IMG/VR virus record: IMGVR_UViG_3300020129_000334
Coordinates: 1 to 62,160 of that record
Origin: a virus
Taxonomy: Duplodnaviria > Caudoviricetes
Length of the DNA: 62,160 nucleotides
Reading direction: 5' to 3' (one strand)
In this document: positions 17,526-27,766 of the stretch, piece after piece
Position numbering within the stretch: position 1 is the stretch's first letter
How the letters are laid out: each line of letters opens with the position of its first letter
Translations under genes and position numbers: made by a program
The notes under the pieces: model-generated
The model's input: the letters and a program-made list of their open reading frames with translations, nothing else
Databases searched by the model: none
Told to the model about the DNA's origin: nothing

Positions 17526-19426
17526 GTAACTTCAATACTGCCATGGGCGGCGGGAGCCGGATTGACGCCCGGTGGTGGCTCGATCGCTTCGAAGACAAGC
17601 GCTACCTGAATCTGGGGGCCGTGGTCGAGCGCGTGATGCGCCAGCAGGACTACCGCCGCGATCAGGATCTTCGTCATGCGCGCCTGTACGGCAATCTCCC
17701 GGTGCTTGGCCTGGGCCCCCGCAATTACGCTCGCCGTGCGCTCGTCGGCAACAGCTCCAAGCTCGCCTTCAACGTCGTCAAGAGCTGCGTCGACGCCTAT
17801 ACGGCCAAGATCACGAAGGAGCGCCCCAAGGTCAGCTTCATCACCTCCGGCGGAGACTGGGATCTCGAGGAGAAGGCGAAGGGGCTCGACCGGTTCATGG
17901 AGGGCCAGTTTTACGAGACCGGCCTGCACGATCTGGCCCCCTCCGTCGTGCTCGACTCCGCGGTCTATGGGCTCGGCATCGTTCACCCCTACATCACCGA
18001 GGACAACCGCATCGCCGTCGAGCGCGTCTTCAACTGGGAGCTGCTCGTCGATGACGAAGAGGCGGTGTACGGGAAGCCGCACAACATCTACCGCCGCAAG
18101 TACATCGACCGCGTCGTGCTCGAGGAGATGTTCCCCGAGAAGCGAAACGAGATCGCCACGGCCCGGCGCGAAGAGGACGGCATCAGCGAATGGGGCAACG
18201 ACTCCACCTCGGATCAAGTGCTCGTCACGGAAGCCTGGCATCTGAAGAGCGGCCCCAAAGCTACCGACGGGCGCCACTGCATCATCATCAGCAACGCCAC
18301 GCTGTTCGATGAGGGCTACGACAAGGATTACTTCCCCTTCGCTATTCTTCGCAAACAACCCGCATTGATCGGATGGTATTCGGAGGGTTTGGCGGAGGAG
18401 CTAGAAGGCATTCAACTCGAATTGAACGTGCTTCTTCGCAAGATTCAGCGGAGCCACCATCTCCTCGCCGCCGGGCATTGGCTCGTTCGGAAGGGGAGTA
18501 TGAACAAGCAGAAGATCGACAACGACATCGGCTCGATCCTCGAATACACGTCGGAGCCCCCGCAGCTCGTCACGGGCATGGCCGTCAGCCCCGAGGTCTA
18601 CGCGCATCTCGATCGCCTGTACCAGAAGGCCTACGAGATTACCGGCATCAGCCAGCTTCAAGCGCAGGGGCTCAAGCCGGTGGGGCTCGATTCGGGCGAG
18701 GCGCAGCGGGTCTACCTCGACATTCAGACCGAGCGCTTCCAGGTCGCCCTGCGCTTCTATCAGCATTGGTACCTGGACATCGCGAATCAGTACATCGATC
18801 TCGCTCGGGACATCAGCAAGACAAATCCTGACTTCGGCGTGAAGGCCGTGGGCAACCGCAGCATGACGCGCGAGGTATTCAAAGACAATTTCCTGGATGA
18901 GGAGGAGTACGTTCTAAAGCTGTATCCGACGAACGCTCTTTCGCGCGAGCCCGCGTCTCGTATCGCCGAGGTTCAGACGTTCGCCAATGCCGGCTGGGTC
19001 CAGAAGCGCGAGGCCAAGCGCCTGCTCGACTTCCCTGACCTCGAGACGGCCCAGGACCAGGATGACGCTTCTTACAATCTGGTGATGGACATCTGCGCCG
19101 ACATGAAGCGCGGAGTCTTCGCCCCTCCCGAGCCCTTCATGGACCTGGCGGAGGCGATCCAGCTCGTGCAGCGCGAGTACCTGATCGCTCGCCGCAAGAA
19201 CCTCCCCGACGACCGGCTCGAGATGATGATCACGTGGATGGAGCAAGCCAAGGACATGCTCGACCAGGGCCAAGGTCCGCCGCCCGGTGCTCCCCAGCAA
19301 ATGCCCGCCAACGACAACGGCATGCAGGCTCCTCCCGGCGGAATGCCTGGAATGCCTCCTATGCCCCCCGGCGTCCCTCCCGGAGCCAATGGTGCGCCTC
19401 CGATGATGCCGCCGCCTGCCGCCTGA
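17522..19426 (+). CDS. Portal protein
   Basis: 634 aa, follows TerL; FNVVKSCVD, FPFAIL, YEITGISQL motifs; Pro/Met/Gly-rich tail typical of podovirus portals. Confidence 0.85.
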   Translation: MSNFNTAMGGGSRIDARWWLDRFEDKRYLNLGAVVERVMRQQDYRRDQDLRHARLYGNLPVLGLGPRNYARRALVGNSSKLAFNVVKSCVDAYTAKITKERPKVSFITSGGDWDLEEKAKGLDRFMEGQFYETGLHDLAPSVVLDSAVYGLGIVHPYITEDNRIAVERVFNWELLVDDEEAVYGKPHNIYRRKYIDRVVLEEMFPEKRNEIATARREEDGISEWGNDSTSDQVLVTEAWHLKSGPKATDGRHCIIISNATLFDEGYDKDYFPFAILRKQPALIGWYSEGLAEELEGIQLELNVLLRKIQRSHHLLAAGHWLVRKGSMNKQKIDNDIGSILEYTSEPPQLVTGMAVSPEVYAHLDRLYQKAYEITGISQLQAQGLKPVGLDSGEAQRVYLDIQTERFQVALRFYQHWYLDIANQYIDLARDISKTNPDFGVKAVGNRSMTREVFKDNFLDEEEYVLKLYPTNALSREPASRIAEVQTFANAGWVQKREAKRLLDFPDLETAQDQDDASYNLVMDICADMKRGVFAPPEPFMDLAEAIQLVQREYLIARRKNLPDDRLEMMITWMEQAKDMLDQGQGPPPGAPQQMPANDNGMQAPPGGMPGMPPMPPGVPPGANGAPPMMPPPAA

Positions 19427-19433
19427 GGAATGA

Positions 19434-20468
19434 ATGACTGCAACGGCCACGAATAGCACGGAGATCAACGCGAGCGCCGGTGTCCCGCCCGAAAAGACGG
19501 TGGACATGGCAACAGGGGAAGGCGTAGGCGTCGAGAAGCCGGCGAATGACAACGGCTCTAACGGCACTACCGGCACCGGCGCGAGTCCGGAAAAGGACAA
19601 GGCAGCCGCAGACGCAGCCGCCCCGCCGCCCGTACCTGCCGAGCCCAGCAAGCTCGATAAAGCCCGAGCGGTCGCACGCGCAAAGCACGAGGAGAATCAG
19701 CGCCGCATCTTCCAGCAGGGAGAGCAGGCCCGCGTTCGCGCCCAGCAGCAAGCGGTCAACCAGGCATATCAGGCAGAGCGCGCTCGTCGTGAGGCGGCAG
19801 AGAAGGCGCTTGCAGACATCAATACGCCGGAAGGGGCTCTCGCTTACCTCGAGAAGGTAGGGATGAACCCCAAGGTGCTGGCCGAGCGCGCCGTCGCGAT
19901 GAACACCCCCGAGGGGCGGCTCCGCGCGGAGATCGAAGCCAAGATCCAGGCGGCCACCGAGCAGGTTCGCAAGGAATACGACACTCGGATCGCCAAGTAC
20001 GAAGAGCAGGTCCAAAGCTCCAGCCGGCAGGCCGCCATCGCCCAGGCTGAGCAGCGCTTCATTCAAGAGGGCACCGACACCGAAACCTTCCCCGCCGTCG
20101 CTCATCTCCTGAGCCAGGGGGACGAATGGCGCGCGTCGATCCTTGAAGAGGGGAAGCGGATCATCACCGAGGCTGCTCGCCGCACCGGCCAGGATTACAC
20201 CAACGCCGAAGTGCTGGCGTACCTCGATCGCAAGTACAGCAAGATTCTGTCTCTCCCCCAGAAAAGCGGAGAGTCCTCGAGCAACGCTAACGGGAATGCC
20301 CAAAACGGGACCGGCGCCAATGCAACGGGTACAGCCGGCAGTCCGCGAACGCTGACGAATACGAACACGCAAGGTAAGGCGAGCCTCCCCCCTGACTTCG
20401 ACTCTCTGTCGCCGTCGGAACAGCAGGCCGCACTTGCTGCTCTCTATCGAGCGTTGCGCCGGACGTAA
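19434..20468 (+). CDS. Capsid scaffolding protein
   Basis: Helical Ala/Glu/Gln-rich protein between portal and capsid. Confidence 0.7.
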   Translation: MTATATNSTEINASAGVPPEKTVDMATGEGVGVEKPANDNGSNGTTGTGASPEKDKAAADAAAPPPVPAEPSKLDKARAVARAKHEENQRRIFQQGEQARVRAQQQAVNQAYQAERARREAAEKALADINTPEGALAYLEKVGMNPKVLAERAVAMNTPEGRLRAEIEAKIQAATEQVRKEYDTRIAKYEEQVQSSSRQAAIAQAEQRFIQEGTDTETFPAVAHLLSQGDEWRASILEEGKRIITEAARRTGQDYTNAEVLAYLDRKYSKILSLPQKSGESSSNANGNAQNGTGANATGTAGSPRTLTNTNTQGKASLPPDFDSLSPSEQQAALAALYRALRRT

Positions 20469-20559
20469 CCGCGCGCCCCGAAACTAGCGACTACCGCTAA
20501 CGCCTTCGTGGTGAAGGCACACGTGTGCGCGCGGTGACCTCCGACTTTTGGGGTTACCG

Positions 20560-21828
20560 ATGTCTCTTGCCACGTTTGACATGACCGCCGCTGCTCAGGT
20601 CCTCAAGCAGCGTTATACCCGCAAGAAGCTCAATACTCTCTCGTACAACAACAACACGCTCCTGGCACTCATGCCCAAGGACGAGGCGCTGGGCTCCAAT
20701 GCGTTCGTCTTCGGCGTGCGGAATGCCGTTGCGCAGACCCGTAGCTGGAACGGCTTCTCGCAGTCGCAGGCTTCGACAGCCAATCCCGGTGGCGCCAGCA
20801 CTTATAACCGGTTCGTTGTTCCCCACTACAACGACTACACGACGGCCAACATCACCGGCGACGCGATCGATTCCGCGAAGGGTGATGAGAACACGCTGAT
20901 CAACGTGCTGACGGGTGAGATCGATGGCGCCCTCTACACGGCGTCGCGGTCGCTGGCGATCAGCATGTATAAGAACGGCGGCGGCGCTCGAGGCCAGATC
21001 AGCGCTACGTCGAACACCGCGACGACGACGATCACGCTCGCGAACCCGACGGACATCGTCAACTTCGAGGTTGGTATGCCGGTCGTCCTTTCGACGGCAG
21101 ACGGCACGACGGGCTCGGTCAAGAACGGTGTGGCGTACATCGGCGCGATTGACCGCGACCTCGGCACCCTCACGGCGGCGGCGTCGCTTGTGGCGATTAC
21201 TACGCCCGTCAACTGGACGGCCCAGATCGGAACGGCAGCGGCGAATGACTACATCTTCCAGCTCGGCGACTTCGGCAATGCGATGGTCGGCCTGGCGGGA
21301 TGGATTCCGCAGACGGCGCCGGGCAACACGGACAACTTCTATGGCGTCAACCGCAGCTCCGATGCGACGCGCCTTGCGGGTGTTCGCTACAGCGGTGGTG
21401 GCGGCCCCATCGAGGAAACGCTGATCGAGTCGGCGGCGCGGCTGGTTCGTGAAGGCAGCGAGCCCGATTACGCGACGCTGAACCCGCTCAACTATTCGCA
21501 GCTCGTGAAGGCCCTTGGCGCGAAGGTCTTTTACGATCGGGCGAAGGCGGTCGATGACCCCGATATCGGCTTTGAGGCCGTGAAGCTCATGGGCCCCAAG
21601 GGTCCGATCAAGGTCGTGGCTGACGTCAACTGCCCCTTTGGCGTGTCCTACATGCTGAAGATGGACACGTGGAAGATGCGGTCCATTGGCAAGGCGCCGC
21701 GCATCATCGACCTGGACGAGGTATCGATGCTCCGTATCAACAACGCTGATGCGTACGAGGTTCGTATCGTCTCGCGTGTCTGCATCACGTGCGACGCCCC
21801 GGGCTGGAACGCCGTTATCACCCTCTAA
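20560..21828 (+). CDS. Major capsid protein
   Basis: 422 aa, position after scaffold; GLAGWI...FYGVNRS motif; strong codon bias. Confidence 0.85.
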   Translation: MSLATFDMTAAAQVLKQRYTRKKLNTLSYNNNTLLALMPKDEALGSNAFVFGVRNAVAQTRSWNGFSQSQASTANPGGASTYNRFVVPHYNDYTTANITGDAIDSAKGDENTLINVLTGEIDGALYTASRSLAISMYKNGGGARGQISATSNTATTTITLANPTDIVNFEVGMPVVLSTADGTTGSVKNGVAYIGAIDRDLGTLTAAASLVAITTPVNWTAQIGTAAANDYIFQLGDFGNAMVGLAGWIPQTAPGNTDNFYGVNRSSDATRLAGVRYSGGGGPIEETLIESAARLVREGSEPDYATLNPLNYSQLVKALGAKVFYDRAKAVDDPDIGFEAVKLMGPKGPIKVVADVNCPFGVSYMLKMDTWKMRSIGKAPRIIDLDEVSMLRINNADAYEVRIVSRVCITCDAPGWNAVITL

Positions 21829-21855
21829 TCCGGAGGCAAGGAAAGGAGGGAAACC

Positions 21856-22500
21856 ATGGCAGATCGTACTTTCAACGCACTCCCGAATACGCCGGGCGTG
21901 AAGCATGTCTATATGCCGCTCACGCTCGTTGGGGCGGACACCGGCGGCGGCACGGCTCCAACGCTCAGCGAGGGCGACCCGAACGGCAGCTATTTCACGG
22001 TCTCCCGCACGGCGGCCGGGAACTATGCGCTGACGACCAAGGATGGCTTTCTCGCGAATGTCATCGTCAAGGCGGAGGGGAGCCCCGGCATCACGGCGCG
22101 CGCCTCCATCCCGGTGCAGAACAGCAATGGCACCTGGACGACCAGCATCTATACGGCTCTTACGCCGCAGACGGTGACGGTTGGCGCAGCGACGGTGACC
22201 GGGGCTGGCACTGGCTACACCTCGGCGCCGACGATCACGTACAACAACGCGCACGGCAACGTTGGGCTCAAGGGGACTGTCACGGTTTCCGCGGGCGGCG
22301 TTACGGCAGTGCGGATCACCGAGGGCGGGCTCGGTACGGACGGCACGGCGCCCACCATCACGCTCACGGGCGGGGGCGGAACGGGTGCCACGGCCACGGT
22401 CGCGCTCAATGCAGCCACCAACATCTCGGCGTCGGATCTTCCGCTCGGCGCCAAGGTGCGGCTCTGGTTCGTCCAGCGCAATTCCTCGGTGACTCCGTAA
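21856..22500 (+). CDS. Virion structural/decoration protein with Gly/Thr beta-module
   Basis: Strong RBS AAGGAGG; GTGYTSAPTI...APTITLTGGGGTGATAT. Confidence 0.7.
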   Translation: MADRTFNALPNTPGVKHVYMPLTLVGADTGGGTAPTLSEGDPNGSYFTVSRTAAGNYALTTKDGFLANVIVKAEGSPGITARASIPVQNSNGTWTTSIYTALTPQTVTVGAATVTGAGTGYTSAPTITYNNAHGNVGLKGTVTVSAGGVTAVRITEGGLGTDGTAPTITLTGGGGTGATATVALNAATNISASDLPLGAKVRLWFVQRNSSVTP

Positions 22501-22760
22501 TGGCGGCCGAGAAGAAGAAGCCGGACCTCTCCGTTGTCATTGGCTCGATCGCTAAGCCGAAGGGCGAGCCTGACGGGGACGAGGAGATGCCGGCGGAGGG
22601 CGACGCCTACCAGGACGCGATGAGCGAAATGGGCGATGCGATCGCCAGCAAGGACTGGGCGAAAGCCTCGGAGGCCTTCAAGGCGCTGCATTCGCTCTGC
22701 TCGGCGGATGAGAAGTCGAGCGAGGCGGGCGAGGAAGCGGCCGAAGGCGGGGAGTATTAG
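22500..22760 (+). CDS. Small acidic virion-region protein (MAAEKKKPD...)
   Basis: TAATG overlap. Confidence 0.7.
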   Translation: MAAEKKKPDLSVVIGSIAKPKGEPDGDEEMPAEGDAYQDAMSEMGDAIASKDWAKASEAFKALHSLCSADEKSSEAGEEAAEGGEY

Positions 22761-22763
22761 GCC

Positions 22764-23477
22764 ATGGCGCGCGGTGTACCCCTGAGCACTCTGCGGACGA
22801 GAGTCCAACGGGCTGCGGACATTGAAGGGTCCACCGCGCGCTTCCCCAGCTCCGAGCTGAACGACTACATCAACGAATCGCTGGCGGAGCTGTACGGGCT
22901 GATCATCGGCGCTTACGGCCAGGATTACTACCGCCGCACGTTCACGTTCACGACGAATGGCGCGTCGGCCTCGTATCCGCTGCCCAACGACTTCCTGTCC
23001 GTGATCAGCGTGGACGTCCCGCTCGGCGGCAATCTCGTTATCACCGCGAAGACGTATTCAGAAAACGAGCGCAACCTCTACAAGTTCTTTCCGTTCGGCG
23101 CCTGGACACTGCATCAACCGCTCTTCTACCGGCTCACGGGGGCCTTCGACTCGAGCGGGAGCACGCCGCAGACGATCACCTTCACGCCCCAGCCGAGCGG
23201 CCCGTACACGGTGAACGTCAACTATGTTCCTGTCCCGACGAAGCTGGTCGACGATCTCAATACGTTTGACGGCGTGGCGGGCTGGGAAGAGTACGTCGTG
23301 CTCGACGCCGCAATGAAGTGCGCCACGAAGAATCAGGAATGGGAGCTTCTGCAGGCCCTAGCGGCCCGGAAGCAGGGGATGCGCGAGCGCGTCGAAGCCA
23401 TGGCGGCGGAGCACAACGCAGGCACTCCTGAGCGCGTGCAGGACATCTACCGCGACATCGATAACTTCGAATGGTAG
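22764..23477 (+). CDS. Head-tail adaptor (tail tubular A-like)
   Basis: LSTLRTRVQRAAD...ELNDYINES...YPLPNDFL...EEYVVLDAA; gene position. Confidence 0.75.
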   Translation: MARGVPLSTLRTRVQRAADIEGSTARFPSSELNDYINESLAELYGLIIGAYGQDYYRRTFTFTTNGASASYPLPNDFLSVISVDVPLGGNLVITAKTYSENERNLYKFFPFGAWTLHQPLFYRLTGAFDSSGSTPQTITFTPQPSGPYTVNVNYVPVPTKLVDDLNTFDGVAGWEEYVVLDAAMKCATKNQEWELLQALAARKQGMRERVEAMAAEHNAGTPERVQDIYRDIDNFEW

Positions 23478-23478
23478 C

Positions 23479-23907
23479 TCAGCGCGGGATCGGCACGCAG
23501 ACGAGCAGCTTCGGGTCCGCGGTGCAGTCGGCGTAATTGCCGCTGGGGAGCTTCGGGCACGCGCACGTCCCATCCGCCGCCGTGCAGTCAAACGAGCGCT
23601 GCATGAAGCAGGCATCCTGGCCAAAGATCGAACAGTGGCCGTACACGTCGCCGCCGTCGTAGAGGCTCCAGCTCGGCGCGGTGTGCTCGAGGTAGCAGGA
23701 CCACCCAGGCTCGCAGTCGCTGGTGCTCGCACACGTCTGGAAGAGCGGTAGCGGCTTCGCGTCGGGCGCCTCGTAGACCACGCCTCCATCCGCCGGGGGC
23801 TGCACCGTGTCGCCGGGCGCTCCTCCTTCCGTATGCGGCTCGCTGGGGCCGGAAGCGGGAGAAGAGCAACCGAGGACGAACACGGCGAGGATGGCAAAAC
23901 GGCGCAT
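23479..23907 (-). CDS. Cys-rich lipoprotein (moron, antisense to the virion operon)
   Basis: Lipobox VLGC, PADGG linker, CASTSDCEPGWSC and further Cys; own promoter. Confidence 0.8.
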   Translation of the reverse strand: MRRFAILAVFVLGCSSPASGPSEPHTEGGAPGDTVQPPADGGVVYEAPDAKPLPLFQTCASTSDCEPGWSCYLEHTAPSWSLYDGGDVYGHCSIFGQDACFMQRSFDCTAADGTCACPKLPSGNYADCTADPKLLVCVPIPR

Positions 23908-23942
23908 AACCCGAGGGTAAGCATGCTCAGCACTGCTTGCAA
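23908..23942 (-). promoter_or_regulatory. Sigma70-type promoter, probably leaderless transcript
   Basis: TTGCAA-17-TACCCT-6-ATG on the minus strand; no RBS. Confidence 0.6.
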
Positions 23943-23948
23943 GTGACG

Positions 23949-24296
23949 ATGGCCGGAACGAAGCCCCAAGTACCGACGACCCCCGGAGCCCGCCGGGAAC
24001 ACTTCGCAGATCCGGGAGTTGGGCGAATGCAGACGGCCCTGGTGACGGCGACTTCCAAGCAAGGCCTCGGCGCGACGTCCCCCATCTTCGACGGCGTGCT
24101 CATTGAGGATGTCTCGCTGCCGTCGTCAAAGGACACGCAGGTTCCGCATGGACTCGGGCGGCGCTGGCGCGGTTTCATCATCACGTCACTTACGCTTCAA
24201 TCCATCATCATCCTTGCCGCGAAACAGCAGGACCCGACGAAATTCCTTTCGCTCTACACCAACAGCAGCACCACCGCGAGCTTCTGGATCTTCTGA
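23949..24296 (+). CDS. Small tail-region protein
   Basis: VPHGLGRRWRGFII motif; stop abuts the nozzle gene start. Confidence 0.7.
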   Translation: MAGTKPQVPTTPGARREHFADPGVGRMQTALVTATSKQGLGATSPIFDGVLIEDVSLPSSKDTQVPHGLGRRWRGFIITSLTLQSIIILAAKQQDPTKFLSLYTNSSTTASFWIF

Positions 24297-27200
24297 GTGC
24301 CGTACGAGCTGATCGAATTCCCCTTCGCTGCCGGCCTCGACGAAGCCACTGATCCGCGCCGTACGCCGAAGTTTCTCACGGTCGAGAATTACCTTTGGAC
24401 GAAGACGGGCCGGCTCGAGAAGCGCCCTGGCTATACGACCGTCTCGAGCGTCATCGCCGGGACCGATCAGGGGCTGCACGTTGCGAGCATCACTCTGACG
24501 AACGGCGGCACCGGCTATCCCGCCACAGGCATCTGGCTTACGACGGGTGGCGGCGGCCATGGTGCGGCGGGGCTGTTCGCGGCTACGGCTGGGGTAATCA
24601 CCACGATTGGCGTGAACCAGCCTGGCTTTGGCTACACGTCGACGCCGACCATCGACTTCAACCCGATCGGCGCGGGCGGTACGGGGGCTACCGGCACACT
24701 CACGATGGCGCCGTCGACGCCCACGAACATCGCGGACTCGGTGAGCATCCGCCAATCGCCGCAAGGCCAGCTCCAGGTCAGTGACGGCACCAACATCTAC
24801 ACGCGGACCAATAAGGGCTGGCAGTCGCTGGGCTCGATCCAGAATCTGAACGTAACAACCTCGCCTTTCCCGCTTCAGATCCAGGCCGTAGACAACATCA
24901 GCAGCACATATCCATCGGCGCTCCCGCTGGACCCGTACCTCGTGCAGTGTGCGGGATATTACGTCTGGACGTTTGGAACGGCAGGAGTCGCTGCACGTGG
25001 GTGGATGGTTCAGGACCCGACGACTGGCGCCCTCGTCCCCACCAATAACGGCGTCATTCTCGGTGGAGGCGCGTCCGACGTTACGGGAGACAATAGCCCT
25101 TCGCAGGTGGTCTCTACCGGCAGCTACGTATTCCGCTTTGAAGGCGGCGGGCCGATGTTCTTCGCCTTCCTCGATTGCGGCACGGCAGCAGTACCGCAAG
25201 AAATTTTGAGCGGCTCCGGCTTCTTCCCCGATCCCATCACGCCGACACAGATCAGTGCTCAGGTCTTTGATTGCGCCTGGGATAGTGCGAATAACATCCT
25301 CTTTATCGCCTACGTGGATCCCGGAAATCTCGAGGTCGTCCAACTCAAAACCTACCGCTTCGACGAGGAGCTTGTTCGTTTCGTTGCGACCCTCGACGTT
25401 CATGCGACGATCGATCTTGGGACTGGGTCCGCAGCCACCGCGATCGGCGTATTCATCGGCAGTGGACGCTATTTGGTCGCCGTCGCGTATACCAACGGCA
25501 GCAACACGTGCGTTGGCTCGTACGTGGTTGTGGCGAACACCATCCTTGCCCCGGCCACGCCCATCTACCAGCAGGATAGCGCGAACTACGTAGCGTCCGT
25601 CATCAACATCGCGATTACGGAGTCGAGCCTTCAGCCCAGTCAAGAATACCACGTCATCTTTACCGGCACTGACTGGGGGCGAGATCAATTCAACGTGGTA
25701 GCGGCCGGCCCGGTCAACACCGTCCACGTCATCTCTGTTAGTGGATTCTTCAGCCCTCAGACGCTGCAGAAGACGCTCAAGAGCACCTCGACCACGCTCA
25801 TGACGAAGCCGTGGCTGGTGAATGGCGCTCCGCATGCGCTCTGCCTGGCCAACGCGGGGCTCGCCTACGTCGTCCTCAACCTCGATGCGGCGAACGGCGA
25901 TGCGGTGACGACGATCGGAAATCCGGATCTTACTCGAGCTACGCCAACACCGATCGCGCTGATCAACCCGCGCGTGGCGATGCAGGGGCTGGGGACGAAC
26001 AAGGATCTCATCGCATCGGTTCGTGGCGCTGGGACCCTCGCCTCGCCGATCAGTCTTGGGAACAACCGATTCCTCGTCCCCACGACGCAGGCGCCAGAGC
26101 CCGGCGAGTCGGCGCTACTGACGATGCAGAGCTGCACGCTGCAATACGGAACGCCGCTAACCCCGCCGGCTGCCGAATGGACCAGCATGTTCTATCCGGC
26201 GTCCATTCCCTCGGTCGTGGGTTCCGGAACCGTTCGCGCCGCGCAGTTTCTCACGCCGCCTGTCATTGTCGCGCATACGACGCAAAGTACCGGAGTAAAC
26301 CCCGGGCTAGATACTGGGAATTACATCTACGTAGCCACGTATATGCGCGTGAACGACGACGGCTCCATTACGGAATCGGCCCCGTCCGCCCCGCTCACGC
26401 TCAACATTGGAGCCGCGCACCTCGCTGCGAAAATCTACGTGTCGTCGTACCCGTTCGCGGGTCGTGGGCAGGCCAATTCAGCGCTCTCGAATACCACGTA
26501 CGTCGTGCTTTACCATAGCCTCGTAGACCAGACGACGCTGCACCGTCTCGCTCAAGACCCGTTTACGATCTTCGAAGTCAGCGGTGCCGCTGAGAACGAT
26601 ACCAGCGCGCCAACCCTTCTGATCATCGATTCGGCTCCGAATACTGGCACCGGTGGCATTGACGCCAATCCCGTCCTGTACATCGAGGGAGGTGTATTCA
26701 GCAATGTCTCGCCCCCGGCATGCACGCTGGCTGCTCGAGTGCGCGATCGCGTATGGCTCGCTGGCACGCCCGACGGCTACACGGTCTTTTACTCCGACAC
26801 GGTTGCGAACGCAGGCACGGCCAACTTTCATGACGAGCAGACGCTGACGACCGACGACGACGGCCCCATCACCGCGATCGCCCAGCTCGAGGCCAACGTC
26901 GTGCTCTTCAAGGAAGACGCCCTTTACGCTGTCTTCGGCACCGAGGGGGGCAATACCGGCAATGGCAACACGCTATCGGCGCCGACGAGCATCCCCACGG
27001 GCGGGATCGGGTGCATCTCGAGCGCCTCGGTCGTCGAAACGCCGCAGGGCCTCATGTTCCAGTCGCGCCGCGGGATCGAGCTGATCGACCGCGCTTTTCA
27101 ACTGACGTTCATTGGCGCCAGCGTGAAGGATGAGACGGCGGGTCAAACGGTAACGGCGGCCGTACTGGTGCCCGCACAATACCAGATCCGTTTCTTTCTT

Positions 27201-27764
27201 CAGTCTGGCAAGGTGCTCGTGTTCTCCACGCTCAATAGCGAATGGACGACGTACTCTTACGCTAATCTTCCGCTAACGAACGTGCGGGACGCCACCAACG
27301 TCAACGGCATCGTGTACTGGTGCGGCGACGGGCACATCCTTCAAGAGACCCCCGGCGCGTACTCCGACAACGGCAGCGTGATCACGGCGCGCTTCAAGTC
27401 GGGATGGATCGGCCTGGGGCAGCTCGCCGGCTACCATCGCATTCACTCGGCGCAATTGCTGGGAACGTACTTCGGCAAGACGCAGATCAGCATCTCGATC
27501 GCCAACGACTTCAGTACGGCGCCATACCAGACCGAAGTCTTCACCGACGCGCAGATCCTGGCGATCCCCGGCTTCGATGCCAACCGGCTGCTCTTGGACA
27601 TCATGGCCGCGAGCCAGCGATCGGAAGCGGTGCAGATCAGCGTCGTCGATTCTGGCCCCATTGATCTGTCTTTCAACCAGGGGATCGGTTGGGACGCTTA
27701 TGCGTTTGAGTACCGCACGCTCCCCGGCGCCTACCGCAATCTTCCGCCGGCTGCCACGAGGTAA
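24297..27764 (+). CDS. Tail nozzle / stabilisation protein (tubular B-like)
   Basis: 1155 aa, beta-rich; FAAGLDE...GRLEKRPGY at the N-terminus; GPITAIAQL...VLFKED, GIGCIS..SVVETPQGLMFQSRRGI. Confidence 0.75.
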   Translation: MPYELIEFPFAAGLDEATDPRRTPKFLTVENYLWTKTGRLEKRPGYTTVSSVIAGTDQGLHVASITLTNGGTGYPATGIWLTTGGGGHGAAGLFAATAGVITTIGVNQPGFGYTSTPTIDFNPIGAGGTGATGTLTMAPSTPTNIADSVSIRQSPQGQLQVSDGTNIYTRTNKGWQSLGSIQNLNVTTSPFPLQIQAVDNISSTYPSALPLDPYLVQCAGYYVWTFGTAGVAARGWMVQDPTTGALVPTNNGVILGGGASDVTGDNSPSQVVSTGSYVFRFEGGGPMFFAFLDCGTAAVPQEILSGSGFFPDPITPTQISAQVFDCAWDSANNILFIAYVDPGNLEVVQLKTYRFDEELVRFVATLDVHATIDLGTGSAATAIGVFIGSGRYLVAVAYTNGSNTCVGSYVVVANTILAPATPIYQQDSANYVASVINIAITESSLQPSQEYHVIFTGTDWGRDQFNVVAAGPVNTVHVISVSGFFSPQTLQKTLKSTSTTLMTKPWLVNGAPHALCLANAGLAYVVLNLDAANGDAVTTIGNPDLTRATPTPIALINPRVAMQGLGTNKDLIASVRGAGTLASPISLGNNRFLVPTTQAPEPGESALLTMQSCTLQYGTPLTPPAAEWTSMFYPASIPSVVGSGTVRAAQFLTPPVIVAHTTQSTGVNPGLDTGNYIYVATYMRVNDDGSITESAPSAPLTLNIGAAHLAAKIYVSSYPFAGRGQANSALSNTTYVVLYHSLVDQTTLHRLAQDPFTIFEVSGAAENDTSAPTLLIIDSAPNTGTGGIDANPVLYIEGGVFSNVSPPACTLAARVRDRVWLAGTPDGYTVFYSDTVANAGTANFHDEQTLTTDDDGPITAIAQLEANVVLFKEDALYAVFGTEGGNTGNGNTLSAPTSIPTGGIGCISSASVVETPQGLMFQSRRGIELIDRAFQLTFIGASVKDETAGQTVTAAVLVPAQYQIRFFLQSGKVLVFSTLNSEWTTYSYANLPLTNVRDATNVNGIVYWCGDGHILQETPGAYSDNGSVITARFKSGWIGLGQLAGYHRIHSAQLLGTYFGKTQISISIANDFSTAPYQTEVFTDAQILAIPGFDANRLLLDIMAASQRSEAVQISVVDSGPIDLSFNQGIGWDAYAFEYRTLPGAYRNLPPAATR

Positions 27765-27766
27765 CT

